From Deltaproteobacteria bacterium (GTDB lineage Bacteria; Desulfobacterota; RBG-13-43-22), in assembly GCA_016208255.1 (NCBI GenBank), contig JACQYK010000085.1:102996-166995 (forward strand): a DNA stretch of 64,000 nucleotides. Reading direction: 5' to 3'. Made by a program: the position numbers and the translations under genes. Under the pieces are notes generated by a model, which was not told the DNA's origin, made no database searches, and saw nothing but the letters and a program-made list of their open reading frames with translations. Positions within the stretch are counted from its first letter, which is position 1; each line of letters begins with the position of its first letter. Positions 1-7,798 of the stretch are shown piece by piece.

Positions 1-126
1 GAGCAGATCCGACCGGCCCTGGAGCGGTCTTTTAATTCGGGGAAGACTTCCCTGATCAATGTTATTCCCGATAATACCATCCTGCCTCCCCAAATACGGG
101 TCAGCCAGTCCAGAGGTAGTGAGTAA
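1..126 (+). CDS. C-terminal fragment of a thiamine-diphosphate-dependent (acetolactate-synthase-like) enzyme; 5' end outside window
   Basis: Frame-1 ORF open from the window edge to TAA at 124-126 (..ALERSFNSGKTSLINVIPDNTILPP..). The tail resembles C-termini of TPP enzymes, but only 41 codons are visible. Confidence 0.3.
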   Translation, partial: EQIRPALERSFNSGKTSLINVIPDNTILPPQIRVSQSRGSE

Positions 127-146
127 ATCGGGAAGGAGGATGTTCG

Positions 147-875
147 ATGAAGATTGATGAAAAGGAATGCGTGGGGTGCGGAGAGTGTTTGGCCTACTGC
201 CCTATGGGGGCCATCAGCATGGATGATGACGCTGATTTTGCCTCGATTGACGAGGATGAATGTGTGGAATGCGGCGTTTGTTTCCGATCGAAAGTCTGCC
301 CGGTTGACGCTTTTGAGGAGGAGATCCATCCCTGGCCCCGTTCCATTCGGGCGGCCTTTTCCAACCCCCTCCTGGTTCACAAAGAAACCCGGGTTCCGGG
401 GCGGGGAACCGAGGAGGCCAAGACCAATGACGTAACCGGGCAGTTTAGAAAAGGCTTCGTCGGCATCACCACCGAGATGGGCCGACCGGGCCTGGGAGCC
501 AGGTTTTATGATGTCGAAAAGGTGGCCAAAGCCCTGGCCAGGGCCGGGGTGGTCTTCGCGCCCAATAATCCGGTTACCTATTTGATGGTTGATCAGAAAA
601 CGGGCCAATTAAATCCGGAAATCATCAGCGAAAAGGTCTGTTCGGCCATGATCGAGAGCACCACACCCCTTGAAAATCTGCCAGAGGTGATCAAGCAACT
701 GAAAGGAGTTTCCCCTGAGATAGAGACCGTATTCTGTCTGACGATTTCCAGCCGGCTGGAAGAGGACGGCACGGCGCCCTGCGAGAAAGTATTGAAAGAG
801 CTGGAGGTGCTTTTTTATATCAATGGCAAGACCAATGTTGGCCTGGGCCGGCCCTTGTTTAAGGAGGTAGGATAA
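147..875 (+). CDS. 4Fe-4S dicluster ferredoxin-domain protein
   Basis: 242-aa ORF with a GGAAGGAGG SD upstream. Two CxxCxxCxxxCP-type motifs (CVGCGECLAYCP, CVECGVCFRSKVCP). The C-terminal ~170 aa are unassigned. Confidence 0.7.
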   Translation: MKIDEKECVGCGECLAYCPMGAISMDDDADFASIDEDECVECGVCFRSKVCPVDAFEEEIHPWPRSIRAAFSNPLLVHKETRVPGRGTEEAKTNDVTGQFRKGFVGITTEMGRPGLGARFYDVEKVAKALARAGVVFAPNNPVTYLMVDQKTGQLNPEIISEKVCSAMIESTTPLENLPEVIKQLKGVSPEIETVFCLTISSRLEEDGTAPCEKVLKELEVLFYINGKTNVGLGRPLFKEVG

Positions 876-1498
876 TGACTCACACCTTACACCGGCGAGG
901 ATCGGAAAAAAGCTTAGAGAGAGATTATGTCCTGTTGTGCATGGCCGCCAAGGGGATTAATGAAGAAGGCTCTGCGGAAAAAATGCGGGAGTTCCTGAGG
1001 ATTAACCTGCGTTATAATCCGGTCAATATAGGAGATATGAGAACCGGCAATAGGTATAATGTGCCCATCGACGAGATCATGGAAAAAGTTACCAGCACGA
1101 GCATTGTTCATGGGGTCTTTTCCGACCGGGAAACGGTGACCAAGGTCCTGAAGGACCTTAAGGAGGCCGATCTGGGACTATCCGTCGTGGTCAGCGGTCC
1201 TTTTGGCTGTGTCGGAGAGCTGTGTCAGGCGGCCGGATTGAGTCCCCATTCAGTCGATTACTCAGGGGCCATCTGGGGGAAAAGAGATAAATTACCGCCG
1301 GATGAGATACTGGAGGTAACCACTATGTGCGGTCATGCCATGGTGGCCTCAAATCTGGTCAAGTCTCTGGTCGATGAAATAAAAAGCGGAGGGAGAAGCG
1401 CCGCAGATGCCGGCAAAGAACTGGCCAGAATCTGTGAGTGCGGGATATTCAACCCCGTTCGTGCCGCAGAACTTTTGAAGGAGATGGCCTCAAAATAA
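875..1498 (+). CDS. hypothetical protein, translationally coupled to the upstream ferredoxin-domain gene
   Basis: 207-aa ORF. Its ATG overlaps the upstream stop (TAATG), with AAGGAGG at 861-867. No motif I recognise. Confidence 0.5.
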   Translation: MTHTLHRRGSEKSLERDYVLLCMAAKGINEEGSAEKMREFLRINLRYNPVNIGDMRTGNRYNVPIDEIMEKVTSTSIVHGVFSDRETVTKVLKDLKEADLGLSVVVSGPFGCVGELCQAAGLSPHSVDYSGAIWGKRDKLPPDEILEVTTMCGHAMVASNLVKSLVDEIKSGGRSAADAGKELARICECGIFNPVRAAELLKEMASK

Positions 1499-1540
1499 AA
1501 GGTTCAAAGTTCAAAAAATCGTATCAGTTTAGCTTCTTGA

Positions 1541-1728
1541 GATTCAAATACTTTTATTAGACAGGATTTACAGGATTCCTTTGATTTTTGTGCCTTTCCG
1601 GAAGAAAGGCACAAACCGAATCGTTCTGCAGATGGTCTCAGTTTTCGCTGAAAGCGAATCGAGGTTGCTCAGGGTCGTCCGGAGCCTGAGCAAAGTAAAT
1701 GTAAATCCTGTCAATCCTGTCAGATAAT
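1541..1728 (+). repeat. Structured TIR-closed intergenic element, copy 1 of 3
   Basis: Terminal inverted repeat gacaggatttacaggatt (1560-1577) / aatcctgtcaatcctgtc (1704-1721). It encloses three hairpins: gtgcctttc-cggaa-gaaaggcac, ttcgc-tgaa-agcgaa and gctcagg..cctgagc. Homologous copies lie at 7405-7640 and 46200-46415. Confidence 0.85.
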
Positions 1729-1763
1729 TTATTTTCATACGGCTAAAGTGTTACAAAAAATAA

Positions 1764-1784
1764 AGGTTCAAGGTTTAAGGTTTA
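1764..1784. repeat. Heptamer tandem array AGGTTYA x3
   Basis: aggttca aggttta aggttta read directly from the sequence, upstream of the CoA-transferase gene. Confidence 0.75.
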
Positions 1785-1849
1785 TAATAAAACCCTATAC
1801 CCTGCACCTTGGACCTTTTACCGGAATTTATTAATTTAGGAGAGCTGCC

Positions 1850-3028
1850 ATGGGCTTACCATTGGAAGGAATAAGGGTTGTCGATTTCACCCAGTTTCAG
1901 CAGGGAACGGTTTGCACGGAAATGCTGGCGGACTGGGGAGCGGATGTAATCAAAATAGAGCCCCGCAACACCGGTGAACCGGGAAGAGGAGGAAACCCCT
2001 GGGGGCCTGAAGGTGTACCCGTTTATTTTGAAGCCTACAACCGCAACAAGAGAAGCATGACCATAGATCTTAAAAAGGAAAAGGGCCGGGAGATCGTCTA
2101 TCAACTGGTAAAAAAAGCCGACCTGTTTGCCCAGAATTTCCGCCCCGGCGTGGCCGAGCGACTGGGTTTTGGGTATAAGGCCTTGTCGGAGATCAATCCC
2201 GGAATTATCTACCTGAGCGGATCAGGTTTTGGCCTGAAAGGTCCTATGTGGGACCGTCCCGGATTCGATTCCGTTGGCCAGGCCATGGGCGGACTTATGA
2301 GCATCAACGCCCAACCCGGAGGAACCGAACACCTGGTCGGGACAGGGATCGGCGACCAGACGGGGGGATTCCTGCTTAGCTGGGGGGCTCTGCTGGCCTT
2401 GATCGATAGGGAACGGACCGGCAAAGGTCAGGAGGTGGATGTCTCTCTGATTGGCAGTGTGATCGCCTTACAAAGTTCGACCTTCCTGGCCCACCTGTTA
2501 ACCGGCCATGTCCCGGAAAAACGCAGGGGTCGCATCACCAGCACGGTCTTTGCCAGCAGCTTCACGGCCAAGGACGGCCAGGCTTTCATCATACAAACCG
2601 TCGGCGCGGAAAAAAGGGACAAGGTCTTTGAAATAGCCGGTTTGGATAAAGACCCCAGGTTTGATACCAGGGAAAAGCGGCACCAAAATGAAGGACAGAT
2701 GTTTGAGGCATTTGATGCCTTCTTTGCCACCAAGACCCGTGACGAATGGCTGAAGATCCTGGTAGAGGCCGATATTGTTTGCGCTCCGGTCTACAGCTAT
2801 CCTGAAGTGGCCAACGATCCTCAGGTGCTGGCCAATAAATATGTGGTGGAAGTAAACCATCCCACCGAGGGCCCCGCCAGAATTATCGGCAATCCTATCC
2901 ATCTAAGCCGGTGTGAGGCCAGGATCGGTGTGTCCCCTCTGCTGGGGCAGCATACGGATGAGGTTTTAAAAGAAGCAGGGTACTCGGAGGAAGAAATCGC
3001 CCAGTTGAGAGAAGAAAAGGTGGTTTGA
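1850..3028 (+). CDS. Family III CoA-transferase (CaiB/BaiF type)
   Basis: 392 aa. N-terminal signature GIRVVDFTQFQQGTVCTEMLADWGADVIKIEP. SD GGAGAG upstream. Confidence 0.85.
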   Translation: MGLPLEGIRVVDFTQFQQGTVCTEMLADWGADVIKIEPRNTGEPGRGGNPWGPEGVPVYFEAYNRNKRSMTIDLKKEKGREIVYQLVKKADLFAQNFRPGVAERLGFGYKALSEINPGIIYLSGSGFGLKGPMWDRPGFDSVGQAMGGLMSINAQPGGTEHLVGTGIGDQTGGFLLSWGALLALIDRERTGKGQEVDVSLIGSVIALQSSTFLAHLLTGHVPEKRRGRITSTVFASSFTAKDGQAFIIQTVGAEKRDKVFEIAGLDKDPRFDTREKRHQNEGQMFEAFDAFFATKTRDEWLKILVEADIVCAPVYSYPEVANDPQVLANKYVVEVNHPTEGPARIIGNPIHLSRCEARIGVSPLLGQHTDEVLKEAGYSEEEIAQLREEKVV

Positions 3029-3049
3029 ATTCGGTTTAATGAAAATACC

Positions 3050-3077
3050 GTTCAAGGTTCAATGTTCAACGTTCGAT
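3050..3077. repeat. Heptamer tandem array GTTCRAN x4
   Basis: gttcaag gttcaat gttcaac gttcgat, starting 22 nt after the stop of the first CoA-transferase gene. Confidence 0.8.
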
Positions 3078-3132
3078 GTAGCCAGTTTTCATGATTCGCG
3101 ATGCCTTTGTTGGGCAGTAAAGTTTGATGAAT

Positions 3133-3251
3133 TCGTAAAAAGTCGCCGAAAGCCCATTTTCGTCATTCCCGTGAAAACGGGAATCCAGTGTTTTTAGTAG
3201 GTTGTGCAAGGCCTGGATTCCCGCCTCCGCGGGAATGACGACTTTTTACGA
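3133..3251. repeat. Palindromic intergenic repeat (cgtcattccc..gggaatccag / ctggattccc..gggaatgacg family), copy R1
   Basis: Outer arms tcgtaaaaagtcg / cgactttttacga. Inner arms cgtcattcccgtgaaaacgggaatccag and ctggattcccgcctccgcgggaatgacg. Related copies at 42424-42533 and 32563-32868. Confidence 0.85.
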
Positions 3252-3391
3252 GCCTATCAAGTTTAATTAAGCGTGAGTGCGTTAAGCGTCAGGTGAAAAA
3301 CCCTTTTCATGTTTCATCACGCTCGAATTAAGCGGGTAAGAGAATTTCGAAAACAGGAATCAAGGGATGAACCGGTTTAGGAGGAAGGATT

Positions 3392-4552
3392 ATGGATCTT
3401 CCGTTGAAAGGAATCAAGGTTATCGATTTTACCCAGTATCAACAGGGAACCGTAGGCACCCTTTTGCTGGCCGACTGGGGGGCCGATGTCATCAAGCTGG
3501 AACCTCGATTGGTCGGTGAACCGGGAAGGGCCGCCGGCCTGGCCTACTATCAGGCCCACAATCGCAATAAAAGAAGTGTCACCATTGATCTTAAAAAAGA
3601 GAAAGCGAAAGAGATCGTCTATCGGTTAGTTAAAGAGGCCGACATTTTTGCCCAGAATTTTCGTCCGGGAGTGGCTGAACGCCTGGGTTTTGGCTATGAG
3701 GCCCTATCAGCCATCAATCCGAGGATTATTTACCTGACCGGCTCCGGCTTCGGGTTAAAAGGACCCTGGAAGGACAAGCCCGGTTTCGATGCGGTGGGAC
3801 AGGCCATGGGCGGAATCATGAGCCTGGCCGGACCTCCGGGATCACCCGATCTGCCGCTCGGGGCTGCCGTGGCCGATCAGACGGGGGGATTCATGCTGGG
3901 GTATGGAGCCCTTTTGGCTTTGATTGACCGCCAGCGGACCGGAAAAGGGCAGATGGTCGAAGCTTCTCTGATGGGGAGTGTTATCGGGCTGATAGGCTGG
4001 ATCATGCAGGACTATCTCCTTAGCGGGCAGATCCGGGGGAAGACCAGGGCCCGTGTCGGCTCCGGGGTCTTTTCCTGCACCCTGAGGGCCGGAGATGGGA
4101 AATCGTTCATCATCCAGACCTTCGGCCGGGCGGCGAAAGAGAAAGTCTTTAAAGCGGCGGGGATAGATCCCAAAGACCCGAGGTTTGAAACCGGAGAAAA
4201 GATGAGGCAAAATATTGATGAGTTGATCGAGACCCTGGAAAAGTTCTTTTCCAGCAAAACCAGAGAGGAAGCCCTGGAGATTTTGGGAAAGGAAGATGTG
4301 GTCTGTGCCCCGGTTTACAACCTGGCCGAAGTCGCCGCCGAACCCCAGGTAGCGGCCAATGAATATTTAGTCGAGATAGAACATCCCCAGCAGGGGAAAA
4401 TCCGTATCCTGAATAATCCGGTGACTCTGGGCAGACAAAAGGCCCGGGTCGGGGCCGCCCCGGAGCTCGGTCAGCACACCGAGGAGGTTTTAAGAGAGGC
4501 TGGATATTCTGAGGCGGAGATCGCCGCTTTTAGAAAAGAAGAAGTTGTTTGA
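3392..4552 (+). CDS. Family III CoA-transferase (CaiB/BaiF type), tandem paralogue
   Basis: 386 aa. GIKVIDFTQYQQGTVGTLLLADWGADVIKLEP, collinear with the 1850-3028 product. SD AGGAGGAAGG upstream. Confidence 0.85.
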   Translation: MDLPLKGIKVIDFTQYQQGTVGTLLLADWGADVIKLEPRLVGEPGRAAGLAYYQAHNRNKRSVTIDLKKEKAKEIVYRLVKEADIFAQNFRPGVAERLGFGYEALSAINPRIIYLTGSGFGLKGPWKDKPGFDAVGQAMGGIMSLAGPPGSPDLPLGAAVADQTGGFMLGYGALLALIDRQRTGKGQMVEASLMGSVIGLIGWIMQDYLLSGQIRGKTRARVGSGVFSCTLRAGDGKSFIIQTFGRAAKEKVFKAAGIDPKDPRFETGEKMRQNIDELIETLEKFFSSKTREEALEILGKEDVVCAPVYNLAEVAAEPQVAANEYLVEIEHPQQGKIRILNNPVTLGRQKARVGAAPELGQHTEEVLREAGYSEAEIAAFRKEEVV

Positions 4553-4570
4553 TTGTTTCCCCAAAAAAAA

Positions 4571-4598
4571 GTTCAACGTTCAAGGTTCGAGGTTCAAA
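4571..4598. repeat. Heptamer tandem array GTTCRAN x4
   Basis: gttcaac gttcaag gttcgag gttcaaa. An inverted partner array lies at 4721-4748. Confidence 0.8.
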
Positions 4599-4667
4599 GA
4601 AAACCGTAAACCACATACTTATATCGTAAACCGGTTTTTTTGAATCTTCGAACTCTATAATTAGACT

Positions 4668-4718
4668 AAACCCTCATACCCTTTGTAGCGACAAGGAGTA
4701 TGAGGGTTTAGTTTTTTT
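4668..4718 (+). terminator. Rho-independent-type terminator between convergent genes
   Basis: 12-bp stem aaaccctcatac / gtatgagggttt (4668-4679 / 4698-4709) followed by a T-run (agttttttt). Confidence 0.6.
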
Positions 4719-4720
4719 CC

Positions 4721-4748
4721 GAACTTTGAACTTTGAACTTTGAACGTT
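4721..4748. repeat. Heptamer tandem array GAACKTT x4 (reverse complement of the GTTCAAN type)
   Basis: gaacttt gaacttt gaacttt gaacgtt, directly 3' of the KARI-like gene on the minus strand. Confidence 0.8.
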
Positions 4749-4756
4749 TTTTTAGA

Positions 4757-5854
4757 TCAGGCCTTCCGCCCGCCCAGCCCTTTAGTGCTCTTGGAGACTA
4801 TTTTGGCCTTTTCTTTGGGTCGCAAAGCCCGCACGGCCGCACCGGCCCGCCACATTTCAGAGTTACGCATCAGACCCAGTTCCTTGGCCAGCACCTTCTG
4901 GTAGTCCTTCCCGCCACAGGTCATGATGACGTGTTCGGCTTCCTGACCTGTGGAGACGCGTTTGTAGAGGTCTTTGAAAACAGGCGCGACGGCCTTTTTG
5001 AATTTCGGCTTCCAATCCAGGGCTCCGCGTTGAGCGGTGACGGAGCAGTTGGAATACATCCAATCCATGCCGTTTTCGTCCACGAGGCGAATCAGGCTCT
5101 GGGTGAGCTCTTCAACGGTTTCGTTGAAGGCTTCACTGGGGGAATGACCATGCCGGCGAAGTTCGTCATACTGGGCTTCCATGACCCCGGCCAGACAGCC
5201 CATGAGTACCCCCCTTTCGCCTACCAGATCGCTGTTGGTTTCATGAGGGAAGGTAGTTGGGAAAAGATAGCCTGATCCGATGGCGATGCCGACCGCCAGA
5301 CATCTTTCTTCGGCCCTTCCGGTATAATCCTGCAAGACCGCGTAGCTGGAATTGATCCCGGCCCCGGAAAGAAAGTTTCTCCGGACGTTAAGGCCCGACC
5401 CTTTGGGAGCGACCATGATGACGTCTACATCCTTCGGCGGGACGACGCCTGTCTTTTTCTTATAGGTAATGGAAAAGCCGTGAGAGAAATAAAGGGCGTC
5501 TCCCGGTTTCAGGTTGGCTTTTATGGTGGGCCACACCGCCCGTTGAGCGGCGTCGGAAATGAGCATCTGGATGATCGTGCCCCGTTTGACCGCTTCGGCG
5601 ATGGGGAAAAGGGTTTTGCCGGGAACCCAGCCATCGGCGACGGCACGGTCCCAGTCCTTCTTAATATCCGGAGACTGACCGACGATGACCTTGAAGCCGT
5701 TGTCTTTCATATTGAGGGCCTGAGCCGGCCCCTGAACGCCATACCCGATCACGGCGATGACTTCCTTTTTCAAAACTTTGCGGGCTTTAGCCAAAGGAAA
5801 TTCCTTCCGGGTGATCACGGTTTCCTTGACGCCGCCAAAATCAATTCTTGCCAT
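4757..5854 (-). CDS. ilvC: Ketol-acid reductoisomerase-like NAD(P)H oxidoreductase
   Basis: IAVIGYGVQGPAQALNMKDNGFKVIVGQ Rossmann motif typical of class I KARI. The ATG at 5854 is preceded by GAGGAGGAAG; the track ORF extends to 5902 without an SD. Confidence 0.7.
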   Translation of the reverse strand: MARIDFGGVKETVITRKEFPLAKARKVLKKEVIAVIGYGVQGPAQALNMKDNGFKVIVGQSPDIKKDWDRAVADGWVPGKTLFPIAEAVKRGTIIQMLISDAAQRAVWPTIKANLKPGDALYFSHGFSITYKKKTGVVPPKDVDVIMVAPKGSGLNVRRNFLSGAGINSSYAVLQDYTGRAEERCLAVGIAIGSGYLFPTTFPHETNSDLVGERGVLMGCLAGVMEAQYDELRRHGHSPSEAFNETVEELTQSLIRLVDENGMDWMYSNCSVTAQRGALDWKPKFKKAVAPVFKDLYKRVSTGQEAEHVIMTCGGKDYQKVLAKELGLMRNSEMWRAGAAVRALRPKEKAKIVSKSTKGLGGRKA

Positions 5855-5984
5855 AACTTCTTCCTCCTCTAATTTGAATGCGGCGGGTATTCCCGTCGTC
5901 ATCCATTTTCCAGAAATCCAAAATGGTATTGTTTACTTATATCATAATGGAACTACAGTGACAAGACTATTTCTTGGCGATGCT

Positions 5985-6090
5985 TAGAATCCAGAAGTCA
6001 GGAGACGGGATCCAGAATAAATACTCTATTTTTATGATGGTGGGTCAACCTTCTGCATTCTGGCTTCTGCATTCTGAATTCATGGATTCT
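5985..6090. repeat. Opposed short tandem repeats (AGAATCC AGAAGTC .. / CTTCTGC ATTCTGG CTTCTGC ATTCTGA)
   Basis: Direct 14-nt duplication cttctgcattctgg/cttctgcattctga at 6050-6077, with purine-rich counterparts at 5987-6020. Boundaries are approximate. Confidence 0.5.
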
Positions 6091-7378
6091 AAAACACCCT
6101 GGAAATCAAAAAGAAAGCACCTGCGGCTATCATAACCGTCAGTAAGGGTTTGAGGATGGACCGATAACTGTCAATAAGGCCGGCTTTAAAATAGTCCTTG
6201 GTCACCAGGAAACAGAGGTGGACCGGGGAGAGCATCATCCCCATAAAGCCGAAGACATAGGCCAGGGCGGCATAGGAAAGAAAATCAAAAAGGGGAGAGG
6301 CCGGAAAGAGGGGAATGATCAAAGGGAAAGAGGTCCCCACAAATCCGATACCGATCCCGGTGATGATTCCGGAGAGAAAGGGCATAATGACAACGACCAG
6401 CAGTATCGGAATCCGGTAAGCCATCAATTCGGTTCTTATGTCGACCACGGCCCGGCTGTCTTTCATAAGGCCCTGGAAAATCATGATAGCCGCCACCAGT
6501 AATAAAATGGAGAGGATGCCCCGGTCAAAAACCGCCGCCGCCAACTGCCTGAGGGAAATCCGGTTGACCACCACGACCCAGATCAGGGAAACCAATAGAC
6601 CGGGAAGAATGGATAGAACCCCCGGCAGGCTGATGTTGATCCCGGCCCAATTCAGCGGGGCGGTCAACCCTTCCAGCAGGATGATGACCATGACTACGAT
6701 CAGAATAGGCATGATCTCCCATAAAAATGTTTTCAACCCTGAAGAGGAGAAGACTTCCTTCCGCTGAACCGGTTGGAGTTGAATAGGTTTCAAAATAAAG
6801 ACCACCCCGGCCACAATCATAACCAGGGTCATGGGCATCATGACGGCTATAAACTGCCAGGTCTCCACCTTCAGCAAGGCCACGGCCAGGACCACCGCCG
6901 GATAGAGGGGCCACCAGTATTCCCAGATATGACGGAACCAATAATTGACCGCGGTTTGCTGTTCGCCGGTTAAAGCGCACTTGTTAAAAGTGGTTTCGAC
7001 CATGGGGGCCGAGAAAAGAGCGCCTCCGGGCATGGGCAGGAGCCCGATCAAGGCCGGCAATACCGATCCGGCGGTACGTTCATCGCCCGACAGCCCGGCA
7101 AAGCGTTCGACGATCCGGTCCATATGACGGCTTTCTTTCATCAGGCGGCTGATGACCAGAATAGACCCAACAATCAGGAACAGACTGATGGTCTGGAGTT
7201 GGGAAAGGCTATGCAAGGCACTCCCAAACACCTGTCCGGGGCCCAGCTTCATCCACAACCCCAGCACCAGAGAACCGATGATGAGGCAAAGACTCAGGCC
7301 AAGACGTAATCGGTTGAGAAGGAGGATTAGGCCGAAGACACCCAGGACTTTTATCAGAGCAGGGATTGTCGTTAACAT
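6089..7378 (-). CDS. Polytopic integral membrane protein (transporter-like, family not assigned)
   Basis: Hydrophobic throughout, with about 10-12 predicted segments. Motif LLPMPGGALFSAPMV. The ATG at 7378 was chosen because the longer track ORF runs into repeat copy 2. Confidence 0.6.
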   Translation of the reverse strand: MLTTIPALIKVLGVFGLILLLNRLRLGLSLCLIIGSLVLGLWMKLGPGQVFGSALHSLSQLQTISLFLIVGSILVISRLMKESRHMDRIVERFAGLSGDERTAGSVLPALIGLLPMPGGALFSAPMVETTFNKCALTGEQQTAVNYWFRHIWEYWWPLYPAVVLAVALLKVETWQFIAVMMPMTLVMIVAGVVFILKPIQLQPVQRKEVFSSSGLKTFLWEIMPILIVVMVIILLEGLTAPLNWAGINISLPGVLSILPGLLVSLIWVVVVNRISLRQLAAAVFDRGILSILLLVAAIMIFQGLMKDSRAVVDIRTELMAYRIPILLVVVIMPFLSGIITGIGIGFVGTSFPLIIPLFPASPLFDFLSYAALAYVFGFMGMMLSPVHLCFLVTKDYFKAGLIDSYRSILKPLLTVMIAAGAFFLISRVF

Positions 7379-7404
7379 AGATTCATTGTGTCTGTTTAGC
7401 TTTT

Positions 7405-7640
7405 TGAAATTCAAATACTATTTTAGACAGGATTTACAGGATTACCTTGATTTTTGTGCCTTTCCGGAAGAAAGGCACAAACCGAATCACTTGACTGACA
7501 GAGTCATCTGTTTCCGCTGGAAGCGGATTGAAGTTGCTCAGGGTCTTCCGGAACCTGAGCAAAAACCTGTAAATCCGTTCGGTCGGCTCTGGCCGACCTC
7601 AAAAAGGTTCCTTTTGGGGAACCGCTTAATCCTGTCTGGT
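7405..7640 (+). repeat. Structured TIR-closed intergenic element, copy 2 of 3 (with ~50-bp insertion)
   Basis: Same order of TIR and three hairpins as copy 1. The insertion at 7577-7625 carries two extra hairpins (ggtcggc/gccgacc, ggttcc/ggaacc). Confidence 0.85.
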
Positions 7641-7798
7641 AATTTTTTTTATAAAGCTAAGATCTCCAGCAGGCTGGAAAAAAATATTAAAATTGAAGAA
7701 AGGGTTCAATTCCTGAAATCCTCGAACCCTTTTCCCCTATTTTGTTTTTTATTTTTCGCTTTACCCCTCACGCCTCACCCCTGACGGCTTTTTGGGCT

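Noticed and set aside
7152-7784. 210-aa plus-strand ORF, and the 67-aa ORF at 46211-46414, sharing the peptide ..RQDLQDY.DFCAFPEERHKPN..KRI.VAQG..EPEQ..
   Set aside because: The shared peptide is only the translation of the structured repeat element. Copy 1 has an in-frame TGA at the hairpin loop (FR-TGA-KRIEVAQG). Differences between copies are compensatory in stems rather than synonymous. The 7152 ORF also runs antisense through a well-supported membrane-protein gene.
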